This document shows, piece after piece, positions 8,699 through 17,832 of a stretch of DNA of 57,398 bases. The position numbers and the translations under genes were made by a program. This stretch comes from a virus. Its lineage: Duplodnaviria; Caudoviricetes. The stretch is from positions 1-57,398 of IMG/VR virus record IMGVR_UViG_3300048611_000204. One strand, 5' to 3'. Every line of letters starts with the position of its first letter. Position 1 is the stretch's first letter. The notes under the pieces are model-generated. The model searched no databases and was not told the origin of the DNA. It saw nothing but the letters and a program-made list of their open reading frames with translations.

Positions 8699-8924
8699 GC
8701 CGATGTGCCAACATAACGAAGTGTCTATAAGGGAAATGTTCATCACCTCATATTGTTATGACAGGGAAGGTGGACAATGGACAGGTGGCGAAGGGATGAT
8801 GCCTGATCCGACAGGAAAACTCTATATCAAATGCCGAGAGTGCGGGCTAGATAGGAAGTATTACCGCCATCAAAAAAATATGCCCGCATGGCTGAGACGC
8901 CACTTGGAAGAACTAGGCATATAA
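8697..8924 (+). CDS. hypothetical protein (cassette gene)
   Basis: Fills the interval GTTATAT...ATATAAC; stop TAA lies in the core. Confidence 0.65.
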   Translation: MPMCQHNEVSIREMFITSYCYDREGGQWTGGEGMMPDPTGKLYIKCRECGLDRKYYRHQKNMPAWLRRHLEELGI

Positions 8925-8968
8925 CAAAAAGCACACCGGCCGCAGGTCCGGTGCTGCGGGAGTTGTCA
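8919..8968 (-). other. short or degenerate attC-like site E
   Basis: Minus strand TGACAAC-TCCC-GCAGCACCGG...CCGGTGTGC-TTTTT-GTTATAT; spacers 1 nt shorter than canonical. Confidence 0.5.
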
Positions 8969-9000
8969 AGCAATCCTTTACAACTGGGCGTGAGGAAATC

Positions 9001-9360
9001 ATGAAACATCTATTTGCAGCAGTTGCATTTTTGCTGTTCGGCTGCGGTCAGGAACCAGCGAAGAACATACCTCAACCGCAACCCGACTCAACCGTTGAAG
9101 TCAGAATGACCATCAACTACGGGAACTCGGACGCTATAGCCATGGTCTGCGGTGAGCCCGACATGGCCGTTAAGACAATACGGGGCTGTGCCTTTTCCGA
9201 TGGACTCGTTGATGGGGCGTATCGAGGCACGATCTGGCTGTTAAATGACCATCAGGGCGCCGTATCGCTCGCTGAGCGCATGACTGGCCACGAAGTAAGG
9301 CATATCCTCGGCCACACCCACGCATCGGACCTGGAGCAGGCCCTGCAGCATGGCTTTTAA
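9001..9360 (+). CDS. putative lipoprotein with HExxH motif
   Basis: Signal peptide ending LFGC lipobox; GHEVRHILGH. Confidence 0.65.
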   Translation: MKHLFAAVAFLLFGCGQEPAKNIPQPQPDSTVEVRMTINYGNSDAIAMVCGEPDMAVKTIRGCAFSDGLVDGAYRGTIWLLNDHQGAVSLAERMTGHEVRHILGHTHASDLEQALQHGF

Positions 9361-9385
9361 CCTTTTAACCAAAAAGGAGATTGAA

Positions 9386-9718
9386 ATGAAGGTTCAGGAG
9401 GTACTCGACAGCGCACGATATAACCCCATCCTCGGCTTCTGGTCGGTGTATATCGACACCCGGTGGCGGGTCTACACGGCGAGCACGCTGCACGACCTGC
9501 TGTCTATCCTGACGGCGTACTCGATCCTGCCCGAAGGAAGACCGCCGTTGCGGCTGGTAATCGTCTGTCTCTGGCGGCAGAGGGTGCCGGTAGGCGTCGC
9601 CCTAGCCGAGCTGCACGCCATGGGCTATCGCGGCACCAGCCGCTGCGAGCTGATCCGGGAATGGGTCGGGCTCGATGAAGTAAGCCACCCGTGCGCCATG
9701 AGGTTGGAGGAAGGATGA
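9386..9718 (+). CDS. hypothetical protein
   Basis: AAGGAG RBS before ATG 9386. Confidence 0.55.
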   Translation: MKVQEVLDSARYNPILGFWSVYIDTRWRVYTASTLHDLLSILTAYSILPEGRPPLRLVIVCLWRQRVPVGVALAELHAMGYRGTSRCELIREWVGLDEVSHPCAMRLEEG

Positions 9719-9948
9719 ATCGCAAGTCGTTTATCACACAGCAAATCAGCGAAGCTTTTGTCGTCGGTGACGACTATCTCGACACCAAGAAGATCTCTTC
9801 CGCCTTTATGTCTGAGGACAAGAAGAACGAGCTGCTGCTGGAGATGTCCAAGTTGAAGAAGAAGGCGGGCCGCAAGGCGCAGCCGAAGAAGGAAGTCGCC
9901 GAGTCCAAACCCGCCGAGAAAGAAGGCGAACAAGGGAGCCTGTTATGA
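9715..9948 (+). CDS. hypothetical protein
   Basis: GGAGG RBS; ATGA overlap; ends EQGSLL. Confidence 0.65.
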   Translation: MNRKSFITQQISEAFVVGDDYLDTKKISSAFMSEDKKNELLLEMSKLKKKAGRKAQPKKEVAESKPAEKEGEQGSLL

Positions 9949-10103
9949 ACGTAGTTATCGAAATCGAAAAAACCATCGAAGTCGCTGTTTATGAAGTGTC
10001 TTGCGAGTGCGGACAAATCCTTAAGTTCAAGGCGTCGGCAGACAGCGACTCCGATATTCTCGTTGAGGTCGAAGAACACATCTGCATTCAGGAGGATAAA
10101 TAA
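9945..10103 (+). CDS. small hypothetical protein
   Basis: 52 aa MNVVIEIEK...CECG...HIC; ATGA overlap; absent from ORF track because of size. Confidence 0.6.
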   Translation: MNVVIEIEKTIEVAVYEVSCECGQILKFKASADSDSDILVEVEEHICIQEDK

Positions 10104-10104
10104 T

Positions 10105-10284
10105 ATGGCTACCGACATGCAAATCACCTGGGAAAAGAAAACCTACGACATCCCGGAAGGCTTCACCGTTGCTGAGTTCGTCGACTCGCTGGCATCGAAG
10201 GACCCGAAAGCGGCGACCGCCGAGCTGATCGACGACGGCGACGGCAAATACACCTTGAAGTCCGTCTTCAAGCCGAAGGGGTAG
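10105..10284 (+). CDS. small ubiquitin-like (beta-grasp) candidate
   Basis: AGGAGG RBS; 59 aa; TVAEF..SL....P...A.L......Y.L...KG C-terminus. Confidence 0.5.
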   Translation: MATDMQITWEKKTYDIPEGFTVAEFVDSLASKDPKAATAELIDDGDGKYTLKSVFKPKG

Positions 10285-10367
10285 GTTAATCGAAGGACCG
10301 GAGACGATCGATTGTGTGGGTTCTCGTCTCCGGTTCTTCTTCCCCTGTATTTTGACAAGGAGGCTCT

Positions 10368-10565
10368 ATGGCAAACAACGTCTTCACCATGCACCTCGAC
10401 CTGAGTGGCGACGAGTTCGTCGCCTGGGAGGAAGGTGAGGTCGCCAGACGCCTGCTTTTGATCGTGGAGAAGCTGCGCCATGGTCGAAGGCACGACATTA
10501 TCCTGAACAACAACAACGAACAGATCGGCGCGTATGCGATCAGCGGAGGCTATGACGAGAAATGA
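10368..10565 (+). CDS. hypothetical protein
   Basis: AGGAGG RBS. Confidence 0.7.
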   Translation: MANNVFTMHLDLSGDEFVAWEEGEVARRLLLIVEKLRHGRRHDIILNNNNEQIGAYAISGGYDEK

Positions 10566-10768
10566 AGATAACCAGACACAAGCTGCCACGGTGCAGCTGC
10601 AAGGAAACCATCGACGGCCGGACTCTCGTATGCGGGAAGCCGGCCTTTGCCGTTCACCGGTTGGATTACGGCTTTCAGAAACTGACCATCTACGCCTGCG
10701 AAGACTGCGACCGGAAACTTTCAGCAACCCATGATGCGTACCAGCGCGCGACAGGAGCAATCAAATGA
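10562..10768 (+). CDS. small Cys-containing hypothetical protein
   Basis: ATGA overlaps on both sides. Confidence 0.6.
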   Translation: MKITRHKLPRCSCKETIDGRTLVCGKPAFAVHRLDYGFQKLTIYACEDCDRKLSATHDAYQRATGAIK

Positions 10769-11856
10769 AACAGGGAACCTTCGGAAATCTGCAGTCACTG
10801 GCCATGGAGCTTGACCGCAGAAGCAGAAACCGCAACGACTTCATCGTCGAGCCCAAAGCCGCCGAGATCTTCCATGAGGAAGGCGACAATCGCCCGCATC
10901 TGCACTTCACCCATCAGGACAGTAACTGCCATACCCTGCTCAGCAAGACGGTCATGCAGGACCTGGCCTTGCAACAGATGATGCAGCGGCTGAACATCCC
11001 GGCCGCCTACCACCGCAAGGTTTTGTCCGAGCATCCGGCCCTGCTGCGCGAGAACGTCAATTACCTGCTGCAGCGGCACACTACGCCGATGATGTTCCGC
11101 ACCCGAGACAACCAGACCGACGCGGTCCTCTCCAACGCCTACAAGCGGATCGACAACTACCCGGTAGCCTCGATGGTGCTGCCAGTCCTTCAGGAAGCCG
11201 ACGTGACTGTCGAGTCCTGCGACGTGACTGACCACAAAATGTATATTAAGGTCGTTTCTCCGCGCCTGCAGGGCGATGTCAAGGTCAACGACCCGGTTCA
11301 GCTCGGTATGGTCATCAGCAACTCGGAAGTCGGGCTCGGCTTTTTGAACGTTCAGACCATGATCTACCGGCTGGTCTGCACCAACGGCATGATCTCCGGC
11401 CGGGATCTGGGCGAAGGTATTCGCATGGCGCACCGCGGCTCCCGCCAGCCGCTCGGAGTCGCCTACCAGGAAGACACCATCCGCGCGATCGGCAACTCGA
11501 TCACCATGCAGGTTCGCGACACCGTCAGACAACTTCTCTCCCCGGAAAACTTCGCCAAACAGCTGGAAGCTTTGCGCGAAACCACCGGGCGCAAGGTCAC
11601 CGGCGATCCGACCCAGGCGGTCAAGGAACTCGGCAAGGTCGTCGGCTTCACCGAGGACGAAGGGAGCGGCATTATGCGGCACCTGATCGAGGGCGGCGAC
11701 CTGTCACAATATGGTCTGCTCAACGCCGTGACCCGCTACAGCCAGGACGACAATATCAACTACGACCGAGCAACTGAACTGGAGCGACTGGGCGGCAAGA
11801 TCCTTGAACTGAACCCGCGGCAGTGGAAGGTTATCTCCGAAGCGGAAGCAGCGTAA
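10765..11856 (+). CDS. DUF932-family protein
   Basis: AVLSNAYKRIDN...ISNSEVG.G...YRLVCTNGM...NAVT. Confidence 0.8.
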   Translation: MKQGTFGNLQSLAMELDRRSRNRNDFIVEPKAAEIFHEEGDNRPHLHFTHQDSNCHTLLSKTVMQDLALQQMMQRLNIPAAYHRKVLSEHPALLRENVNYLLQRHTTPMMFRTRDNQTDAVLSNAYKRIDNYPVASMVLPVLQEADVTVESCDVTDHKMYIKVVSPRLQGDVKVNDPVQLGMVISNSEVGLGFLNVQTMIYRLVCTNGMISGRDLGEGIRMAHRGSRQPLGVAYQEDTIRAIGNSITMQVRDTVRQLLSPENFAKQLEALRETTGRKVTGDPTQAVKELGKVVGFTEDEGSGIMRHLIEGGDLSQYGLLNAVTRYSQDDNINYDRATELERLGGKILELNPRQWKVISEAEAA

Positions 11857-11914
11857 AAATTATTCCAAGGGAAGTCATCCCGGCTGCCCTTATTTTTTTC
11901 AAAAGGAGAACATT

Positions 11915-12619
11915 GTGAAAAGATTCGCAGAATTGACCGACGCGGAAGTTATCGAGATCACCAACAACCAAGAGCGGGTTGAGCAGCTGATCGACCTGGA
12001 GTGCGCGTGGCAGGGCATCCCCTTGCTGCCGCCTCACCCCGGCAAGGAACCGGAACTGGAAGAGCTGGCCAATGACTTTCCCTACTACAAAGTCGGCAAC
12101 CTGTGTTTTGCCGATCGCAAAGAAGCCGAAGAAATCTTCGCCGCCGTCCAGAATATGCGCCTGGTCGACTCTGACTACTCGACGCATGTCGTGACCGATC
12201 TGAAGCCCGACGACTACAACTACCCCGAGCTCGAAGCCCGCGCGGGCGTGTCAAAGGAGAATTACAACGCCTATCATGAGCGCACTCAACTTGACCGTGA
12301 GCGCAAAACGGCGTGGCAGGAGCAGATGAACACCTACAACAAGATCGACAAGCAGCGCAGCGCAATTGTGCAGACCTTCTGGGATCGTTTTCACGCTATC
12401 CAGAGCGTTCGCGAACAGATCACCAATATCAACGCCGACCTTGAACGCTATCTGACTCTGGCCGAAGGAAACCAGAACGTAGCGATCAACTTCATGCTCA
12501 ATGCCCGCAAGGACGGCTCGCTTCAAGAAAGAGACGGCGCCCTGCAATATATCGACGAGAAGGGCGTCAGTCACGAAACTGGTATCGCGCGGCCCGACGA
12601 CGTGGTAGATAAATTTTAA
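11915..12619 (+). CDS. hypothetical protein
   Basis: AAGGAG RBS, GTG start, 234 aa. Confidence 0.8.
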   Translation: MKRFAELTDAEVIEITNNQERVEQLIDLECAWQGIPLLPPHPGKEPELEELANDFPYYKVGNLCFADRKEAEEIFAAVQNMRLVDSDYSTHVVTDLKPDDYNYPELEARAGVSKENYNAYHERTQLDRERKTAWQEQMNTYNKIDKQRSAIVQTFWDRFHAIQSVREQITNINADLERYLTLAEGNQNVAINFMLNARKDGSLQERDGALQYIDEKGVSHETGIARPDDVVDKF

Positions 12620-12675
12620 GACGTCATGTGATTTACCGGAGCAGCCTCGCAGGAGGCTGTTCTATTAAATTCCAT

Positions 12676-12707
12676 GTCGCTTCCCGCGCGAAAGCGTAGG
12701 TTGAAAC
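12676..12707 (+). CRISPR. solitary diverged type I-C-like repeat
   Basis: GTCGCTTCCCGCGCGAAAGCGTAGGTTGAAAC; 25/32 identical to the array repeat; two stem pairs changed compensatorily (C-G to T-A). Confidence 0.75.
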
Positions 12708-12746
12708 CACTATTCAAAGCGGGCGAGGCCCGGGAAAGGACAGACT

Positions 12747-12956
12747 ATGAGCTTTTATTGCGGACTGTGTGAAAAGAAGTGCAGTTGCCACTCGGAGGGG
12801 CCGCGCGATGAGTATTGCGCCCTCAGCGACTGCTGCAACTTCACGGCGTTCTACGACAGGGAGTTGACCAAGGAAGTCGATCCGACCGAGATCAGAGCTG
12901 AGGAAGAGTACTGCGCGGCCGAGGCGAAATACGACGAAATGAAGGAGGATCTATGA
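12747..12956 (+). CDS. small Cys-rich hypothetical protein
   Basis: AAGGA RBS. Confidence 0.65.
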   Translation: MSFYCGLCEKKCSCHSEGPRDEYCALSDCCNFTAFYDRELTKEVDPTEIRAEEEYCAAEAKYDEMKEDL

Positions 12957-13321
12957 AGAAATTTGTCTATTCGGGCAAGTGCCGCCTGTGCGAATGTGGA
13001 AAAGAGACGGGCATATATGACACCAACGGCCGGAAACTTTTCACTGGTGATATCGTCATGATCTTCACCGAAGACGGCGATGGTCTTGTTGAACAGATGG
13101 CCGATCATTTGACGGTTGTCGTCGACGAAGGTTTCAAGCCATATACCGACGGTCAGCATGTCCCTCAGGATTCTCCAGACAACCCTTATATCGTGGGCAT
13201 TAAAGACATAATCCATCCGGACAAAATCTGGCGGGTTATCAGGGTCAAGGAACAGGCCGATGTTGTTCATGGTGAGCACTGGCGGGATTTTGGCTTCAGC
13301 TACCGCGAGGAAGCGGAATAA
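12953..13321 (+). CDS. hypothetical protein with YopX-like motif
   Basis: TGIYDTNGRKLFTGDIV; AGGAGG RBS. Confidence 0.65.
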   Translation: MKKFVYSGKCRLCECGKETGIYDTNGRKLFTGDIVMIFTEDGDGLVEQMADHLTVVVDEGFKPYTDGQHVPQDSPDNPYIVGIKDIIHPDKIWRVIRVKEQADVVHGEHWRDFGFSYREEAE

Positions 13322-13335
13322 CTTGGAAGGAAGCG

Positions 13336-13369
13336 GTCGCCCCCCCCGCGCGGGGGCGTGGATTGAAAC
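13336..13369 (+). CRISPR. solitary type I-C-like repeat
   Basis: GTCGCCCCCCCCGCGCGGGGGCGTGGATTGAAAC, the array repeat with two extra C. Confidence 0.88.
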
Positions 13370-13514
13370 AATGAGTCGCACAACATCAACGCCGGCCACA
13401 CCGAGTGCCTGAAAAACGCCAAGCATCGGATCATCGCCGACTGTTTCGCGAGGGGGTATTGATGAAGAAACCGTCTTGCCCGACAATCACCAACCTTATC
13501 CACCGGAGGAAAAC

Positions 13515-13688
13515 ATGAATATAATCAGCTGTGAACGATGCGGCTCGACGGAGTTTGGAGTCGAGAAAGATTTCGACAGAGACCGGATCTACTGCAAGAA
13601 CTGCAATGCCCTTTACGGCTATATCAACGGAGCGGCAGATGCCAAGAGCGGTCCCGAAACCGAAGACGATCAGAAACGAACGATATAA
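13515..13688 (+). CDS. small Zn-ribbon protein
   Basis: GGAGGA RBS; CERC...CKNC. Confidence 0.6.
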   Translation: MNIISCERCGSTEFGVEKDFDRDRIYCKNCNALYGYINGAADAKSGPETEDDQKRTI

Positions 13689-13941
13689 GGCGTGGATCAG
13701 ACAGCTTCCGTGCCTCGGCAGATGCGCCGGGCGGGTGCCGGGGCCAAGCAATCCGCATCACCACAACCGGGAAGGACAGGGGTGTATGGCGGGGAAGACC
13801 GACGATAGCCGCTGCATCCCGCTCTGCACGCCCTGTCACCTCGAAGTTCATCGTGGTGCCCTGACCTTTCAGCGGCGCCACAACCTCGACTTCGAGGCGA
13901 TCATCAAACATCTCAACAGAATCTACGAGGAGGCCAAGTGA
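13639..13941 (+). CDS. DUF968-like HNH-fold protein
   Basis: YKAWIRQLPC..C...HH...G.MAGK.DD...IPLC..CH...H. Confidence 0.75.
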   Translation: MPRAVPKPKTIRNERYKAWIRQLPCLGRCAGRVPGPSNPHHHNREGQGCMAGKTDDSRCIPLCTPCHLEVHRGALTFQRRHNLDFEAIIKHLNRIYEEAK

Positions 13942-14405
13942 CTGACTCATTCATCCATTTCGACATGGACAAGGTTCACAGGCTGCGGGAGCACTATCTT
14001 GACGTGCTCAAATTCATCAGGGAAGACAACCCGGCGGTCAACATCAACAGCCCGAAATCGATCAAATCGTTCTGCAAGATCGCGCTCGGCCTGACCCTTG
14101 AAAACACCAGAATCAAGACTATCAACGACAAACTGGCTCTCTTCGACTCGGATTCGATGGAGTATTGCAGTCTGCTCGGGATTCTTTACGCGCTCAAGCT
14201 CAAGTTCGCGATCGCCAACTATCTCGACTGCGTTATCCGCCACCAGCGTGCCGGCGTGCTGCTGCTGCGGATCGTCGACGGCAAGCCGGTGATGTCGAAC
14301 CGGCAGCCGATCTTTTCCTCGCCGGAGATCTGGGAATGTGTGACTGAATGTTCGCCGGATGTTATCATCTACAACACCGGGGCCACCGCATCCAGGGGGG
14401 TGTGA
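13938..14405 (+). CDS. hypothetical protein
   Basis: GAGGAGG RBS, GTGA overlap. Confidence 0.7.
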   Translation: MTDSFIHFDMDKVHRLREHYLDVLKFIREDNPAVNINSPKSIKSFCKIALGLTLENTRIKTINDKLALFDSDSMEYCSLLGILYALKLKFAIANYLDCVIRHQRAGVLLLRIVDGKPVMSNRQPIFSSPEIWECVTECSPDVIIYNTGATASRGV

Positions 14406-14474
14406 CACGAAACCGGAAGCCAGGCCAACACTGGCCTATATTTCGCTCAATTTTGAGCAAGAAAGGGAGCAACT

Positions 14475-15116
14475 ATGTCGCTGTCAGCAGTAAAAGGTTC
14501 GGAAAGTGAAAGCTTTGAAAACCCGGAAGCGGGTTCCTACCCCGCACGTTGCATCCAGGTCATCGAACTGGGTACGTTTCCGAATGATCACCCGGACGCC
14601 AAACCCGGCGCCAAAAAAACCATGATGAAGATTGTCTGGGAACTTTCCGAACCGATGTCGGACGGCCGGCCGTTCACCGTCAACCAGGACTACACGGTCA
14701 GCTTGGGCAAGAATTCCAACCTCTACAAGATGCTGGTCGCCTGGCGCGGTCGCGCATTCACCGCGGAGGAACTGGAAGGCTTCAACATGCAGAATATCCT
14801 CGACAAGCCCTGCCTGATTTCGGTGGTGCTCAAGCCGAGCAAGAAGGACCCGAACAAGGTCTACGCCAACGTCGGCGGCGTCCTGCCGCTGGCCAAGGGG
14901 ATGACGGTTATCGAGCGGGTCAATGATCTGGTCTTCTTCGAGATCGAGAACATCCGCAACCAGGAGGAGTGGGACAAGGTCTGGCCGTGGGTTCAGAAGC
15001 GGATCCTGGCCTCGGATGAAGGCAAAGTCTCCGGCATGCAGGCCAACGAGCCGAAGCATGAAGCGGCGCCGGCGAACGATCCGCCGCTGATGGGCGAGGA
15101 AGAAATTCCTTTCTGA
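14475..15116 (+). CDS. single-stranded DNA-binding-like replication protein
   Basis: G.YPARC..VIELGT...YTVSLG.NSNL...L..WRG; acidic EEEIPF tail. Confidence 0.75.
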   Translation: MSLSAVKGSESESFENPEAGSYPARCIQVIELGTFPNDHPDAKPGAKKTMMKIVWELSEPMSDGRPFTVNQDYTVSLGKNSNLYKMLVAWRGRAFTAEELEGFNMQNILDKPCLISVVLKPSKKDPNKVYANVGGVLPLAKGMTVIERVNDLVFFEIENIRNQEEWDKVWPWVQKRILASDEGKVSGMQANEPKHEAAPANDPPLMGEEEIPF

Positions 15117-15138
15117 GGGCTGCAGATCGACAGTTGAG

Positions 15139-15170
15139 AAAAGCCCCTGGCGCAAGTCAGGGGCTTTTTT
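15139..15170 (+). terminator. intrinsic terminator
   Basis: AAAAGCCCCTGGC-GCAA-GTCAGGGGCTTTTTT. Confidence 0.8.
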
Positions 15171-15194
15171 GTGAAAGATTGGAAGGAGGACAGT

Positions 15195-15683
15195 ATGGCA
15201 ACAAAAAAATACCTGATCGACGCAGCGGCCTTCTACACGCGAATTGCCAACCTGCAGCCGGAAGACCGCGGCAAGTTCGTGCTAAAGGTGTCGATCGATA
15301 TGATGACTGATCAGTGCCAGGAAGACTTTCTGGAGCCGGCGATCGAGCGCAAGAAAGTCACGAAGACCAAACATGACGGCAACTACTCGGATGAGTTCGT
15401 CGCCTGGTGGAGTCTCTACCCGAAAAGGTCTGGCAAGGGGGCCGCCTACAGTATCTGGCTGACCCTGATGGACCGCGCAGCTAACCCGAAGCAATTGGTG
15501 GACGAATTGATGACCGCCCTGAAATGGCAGGTCAAGCAGTATGACTGGACCAAGGAGCGGGGCAAATACGTCCCGATGCCGACCACCTATCTCAACCAGC
15601 GGCGCTGGGAAGACGAGGACCCGAACGCCGGCAGGGAGCGCAGCGGCTACCGGGACGCGGACGGAATCTGGCACGATAATTAA
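15195..15683 (+). CDS. replication initiator / replisome-organizer-like protein
   Basis: F..WWSLYPKR.GK..A...YVPMPTTYLNQRRWED; directly upstream of helicase. Confidence 0.7.
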   Translation: MATKKYLIDAAAFYTRIANLQPEDRGKFVLKVSIDMMTDQCQEDFLEPAIERKKVTKTKHDGNYSDEFVAWWSLYPKRSGKGAAYSIWLTLMDRAANPKQLVDELMTALKWQVKQYDWTKERGKYVPMPTTYLNQRRWEDEDPNAGRERSGYRDADGIWHDN

Positions 15684-15778
15684 TCTTAAAAAGATGGAAT
15701 CCGGATCAAAGCTAAAGCATGATGAACCGCTCGTCATGCTTTTTGCCCGTACCTCTTGCCCACTCCGAAGGGTCTTCT

Positions 15779-16636
15779 ATGATTATTAAGCCACGCCACC
15801 TGAAAATCCAGTTTCAGAAAGTCCGAAAAGGAGAATTTATGAGAAAGGGGCTCTCCACCGGCTACACCGACCTCGACAAGCTGATCCGGCTGGCCAAGGG
15901 ATATCTGATGGTCATCACCGGGATTCCCGGCATGGGCAAGAGCGAGTGGTTGGACGCGGTCCTGGTCAATATGTCGCTTGAGCATGGCTGGAAGACGCTC
16001 TTCTACTCCCCGGAAAATCACCCGATCGAGATGCACATGGGGAAACTGGCGGAGAAATTTATCGGCAAGTCGATTCTGAAATTCACCGAAACCGAAAATG
16101 ACACAGCCATGGAATATCTGGACAATTATTTCCTCTGGACGGACCCTGAAGTGCCGCTGCTCGAAACCCTTCTCGACCAGGCCAAGCTGCAGATCGACAC
16201 AGACGGCCTCGACTGCCTGGTTATCGATCCATGGAACGCGGTCATGCACAAGCGGGCCGCCGCCGAGCTGCTGCACGAATATCTCGCCAACACACTGACC
16301 CGCATCATCAAGTTCGCCCGCGACAACAACGTGCTGATCGCCATCGTAGCGCACCCCAGCAAGCCGCAGAAGGACAAGGACGGCTCTTACCCTGTCCCTA
16401 CCCTCTACGACATCTCTGACGGAGCGATGTGGCGCAACAAGATGGATTACGGAGTCGTTTGCCACCGGCCGGACATGACCAAGAACCAGCTGGCGGTCTA
16501 CGTGCAGAAGATCAAGCAGAAATGGATGGGCAAGGTCGGTATGGAAGTTCTCGACTACGACTGGCAGAGCGGCCGCTTCAAGAACATGAGCGATCAGGAA
16601 TACAAACTCGTGACCGAAATACAGGCACCGTTTTGA
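15779..16636 (+). CDS. DnaB/T7 gp4-like (SF4) replicative helicase
   Basis: Walker A GIPGMGKS, Walker B LVIDP, VAHP, YDISDG; start uncertain. Confidence 0.88.
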   Translation: MIIKPRHLKIQFQKVRKGEFMRKGLSTGYTDLDKLIRLAKGYLMVITGIPGMGKSEWLDAVLVNMSLEHGWKTLFYSPENHPIEMHMGKLAEKFIGKSILKFTETENDTAMEYLDNYFLWTDPEVPLLETLLDQAKLQIDTDGLDCLVIDPWNAVMHKRAAAELLHEYLANTLTRIIKFARDNNVLIAIVAHPSKPQKDKDGSYPVPTLYDISDGAMWRNKMDYGVVCHRPDMTKNQLAVYVQKIKQKWMGKVGMEVLDYDWQSGRFKNMSDQEYKLVTEIQAPF

Positions 16637-16645
16637 GGAGTAATT

Positions 16646-17339
16646 ATGCTGAACATCCCCAGTTTCTACCCGACGCCCGCCCTTCTTGCGTCGAAAATGC
16701 TGTCAAAGATAAAAGGCTACCCCACCCGCTGGCTGGAGCCTTCCGCCGGCAAGGGCGACCTGGCCGAACAGATCAGAACCAGGTATAAATCCTCCTACGG
16801 AAGCCAGGCGCAAATTTTCTGTATCGAAAAAGACAATGATCTGCAGGCGACTCTCCGCGGCAAGGGCTTCACGCTTCTCGACTCCGACTTTCTGACCTAC
16901 TCTGCCCCCGACCAGTTCGACGCGATCCTCATGAACCCGCCCTTCGAGAGCGGTGAGAATCATCTACTCAAGGCGATAGAAATCATGTATCGCGGTCAAA
17001 TCGTCTGCCTGCTGAACGCCGAGACGATCAGACACCCGTTCACCAACAACCGCCGGCGGCGCCAACAAGGGATCGTCGACCTACTTCGACTTCGTCTGTT
17101 ACAAGAAGGGGACGATTCACCTGACATTCCGAAGCGAGAATATCCTGCGTCGCTTCAACGTCACCGCCTGCAAGGGAAAGGGCTGGTTGCCGGGAGACTA
17201 CGGGGCCAGACCCTACGAGCAGCTGAGCGTGCTGGAGCGTGAACTGGTCGAGCAGTTCGAGGTCAAGCACGCGGATTATGTTCAGAATCAGGGACAAAAG
17301 CTTTTCTCCGCCAAGAACACGCTGCAGATCACGATTTAG
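16646..17339 (+). pseudogene. adenine methyltransferase with DUF4942-like C-terminus, internally deleted and frameshifted
   Basis: LEPSAGKG and MNPPF in the first frame; YFDFVCYKKGTIHLTF...GWLP continues in another frame from ~17060 to TAG 17339. Confidence 0.75.
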
Positions 17340-17347
17340 GAGGGCTG

Positions 17348-17821
17348 ATGGCCAGTTATTTCAAGACCCTGCAAATAGCAAAGGAGATGGACTTCGACCC
17401 GCGGGAAGCGGCGCTGTGCAGGATTCGCTTCCTGCAGCCGCTGCTCGACTTCTACAAACAGGATTACTTCTGCGACGACGAGCTGAACCGCTTCGTCGCG
17501 CGGCGCTGGGGAGGTGAGATAGAGGAAGAGATAAATTACCTGAACAAGAACACCATTCACCAGAGAGAATTCGACCCGATCAACGATATCGACGACGCGC
17601 GCATCGAGCGGGCCAGGGATTACCCTCTGGAAAAACTGATCGACTTCAAAAACGGAGTTGCCCTGGCCTTCTGTCATCAGGATAATTCGCCCTCGCTCTC
17701 CCTGCACAGAAAAGCCAACCGCGCTAGATGCTTCGTCTGCGACAAGAGTTTCAATTCGGTAGATGTAATGATGGAGGTCTTCGGCTTCTCCTTTATCGAT
17801 GCTGTAAAGGCCCTGACCTGA
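17348..17821 (+). CDS. CHC2 zinc-finger (primase Zn-binding domain) protein
   Basis: FCHQDNSPSLS...CFVC...D.M....SFIDAVKAL. Confidence 0.75.
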   Translation: MASYFKTLQIAKEMDFDPREAALCRIRFLQPLLDFYKQDYFCDDELNRFVARRWGGEIEEEINYLNKNTIHQREFDPINDIDDARIERARDYPLEKLIDFKNGVALAFCHQDNSPSLSLHRKANRARCFVCDKSFNSVDVMMEVFGFSFIDAVKALT

Positions 17822-17832
17822 AAAGGATTTTT

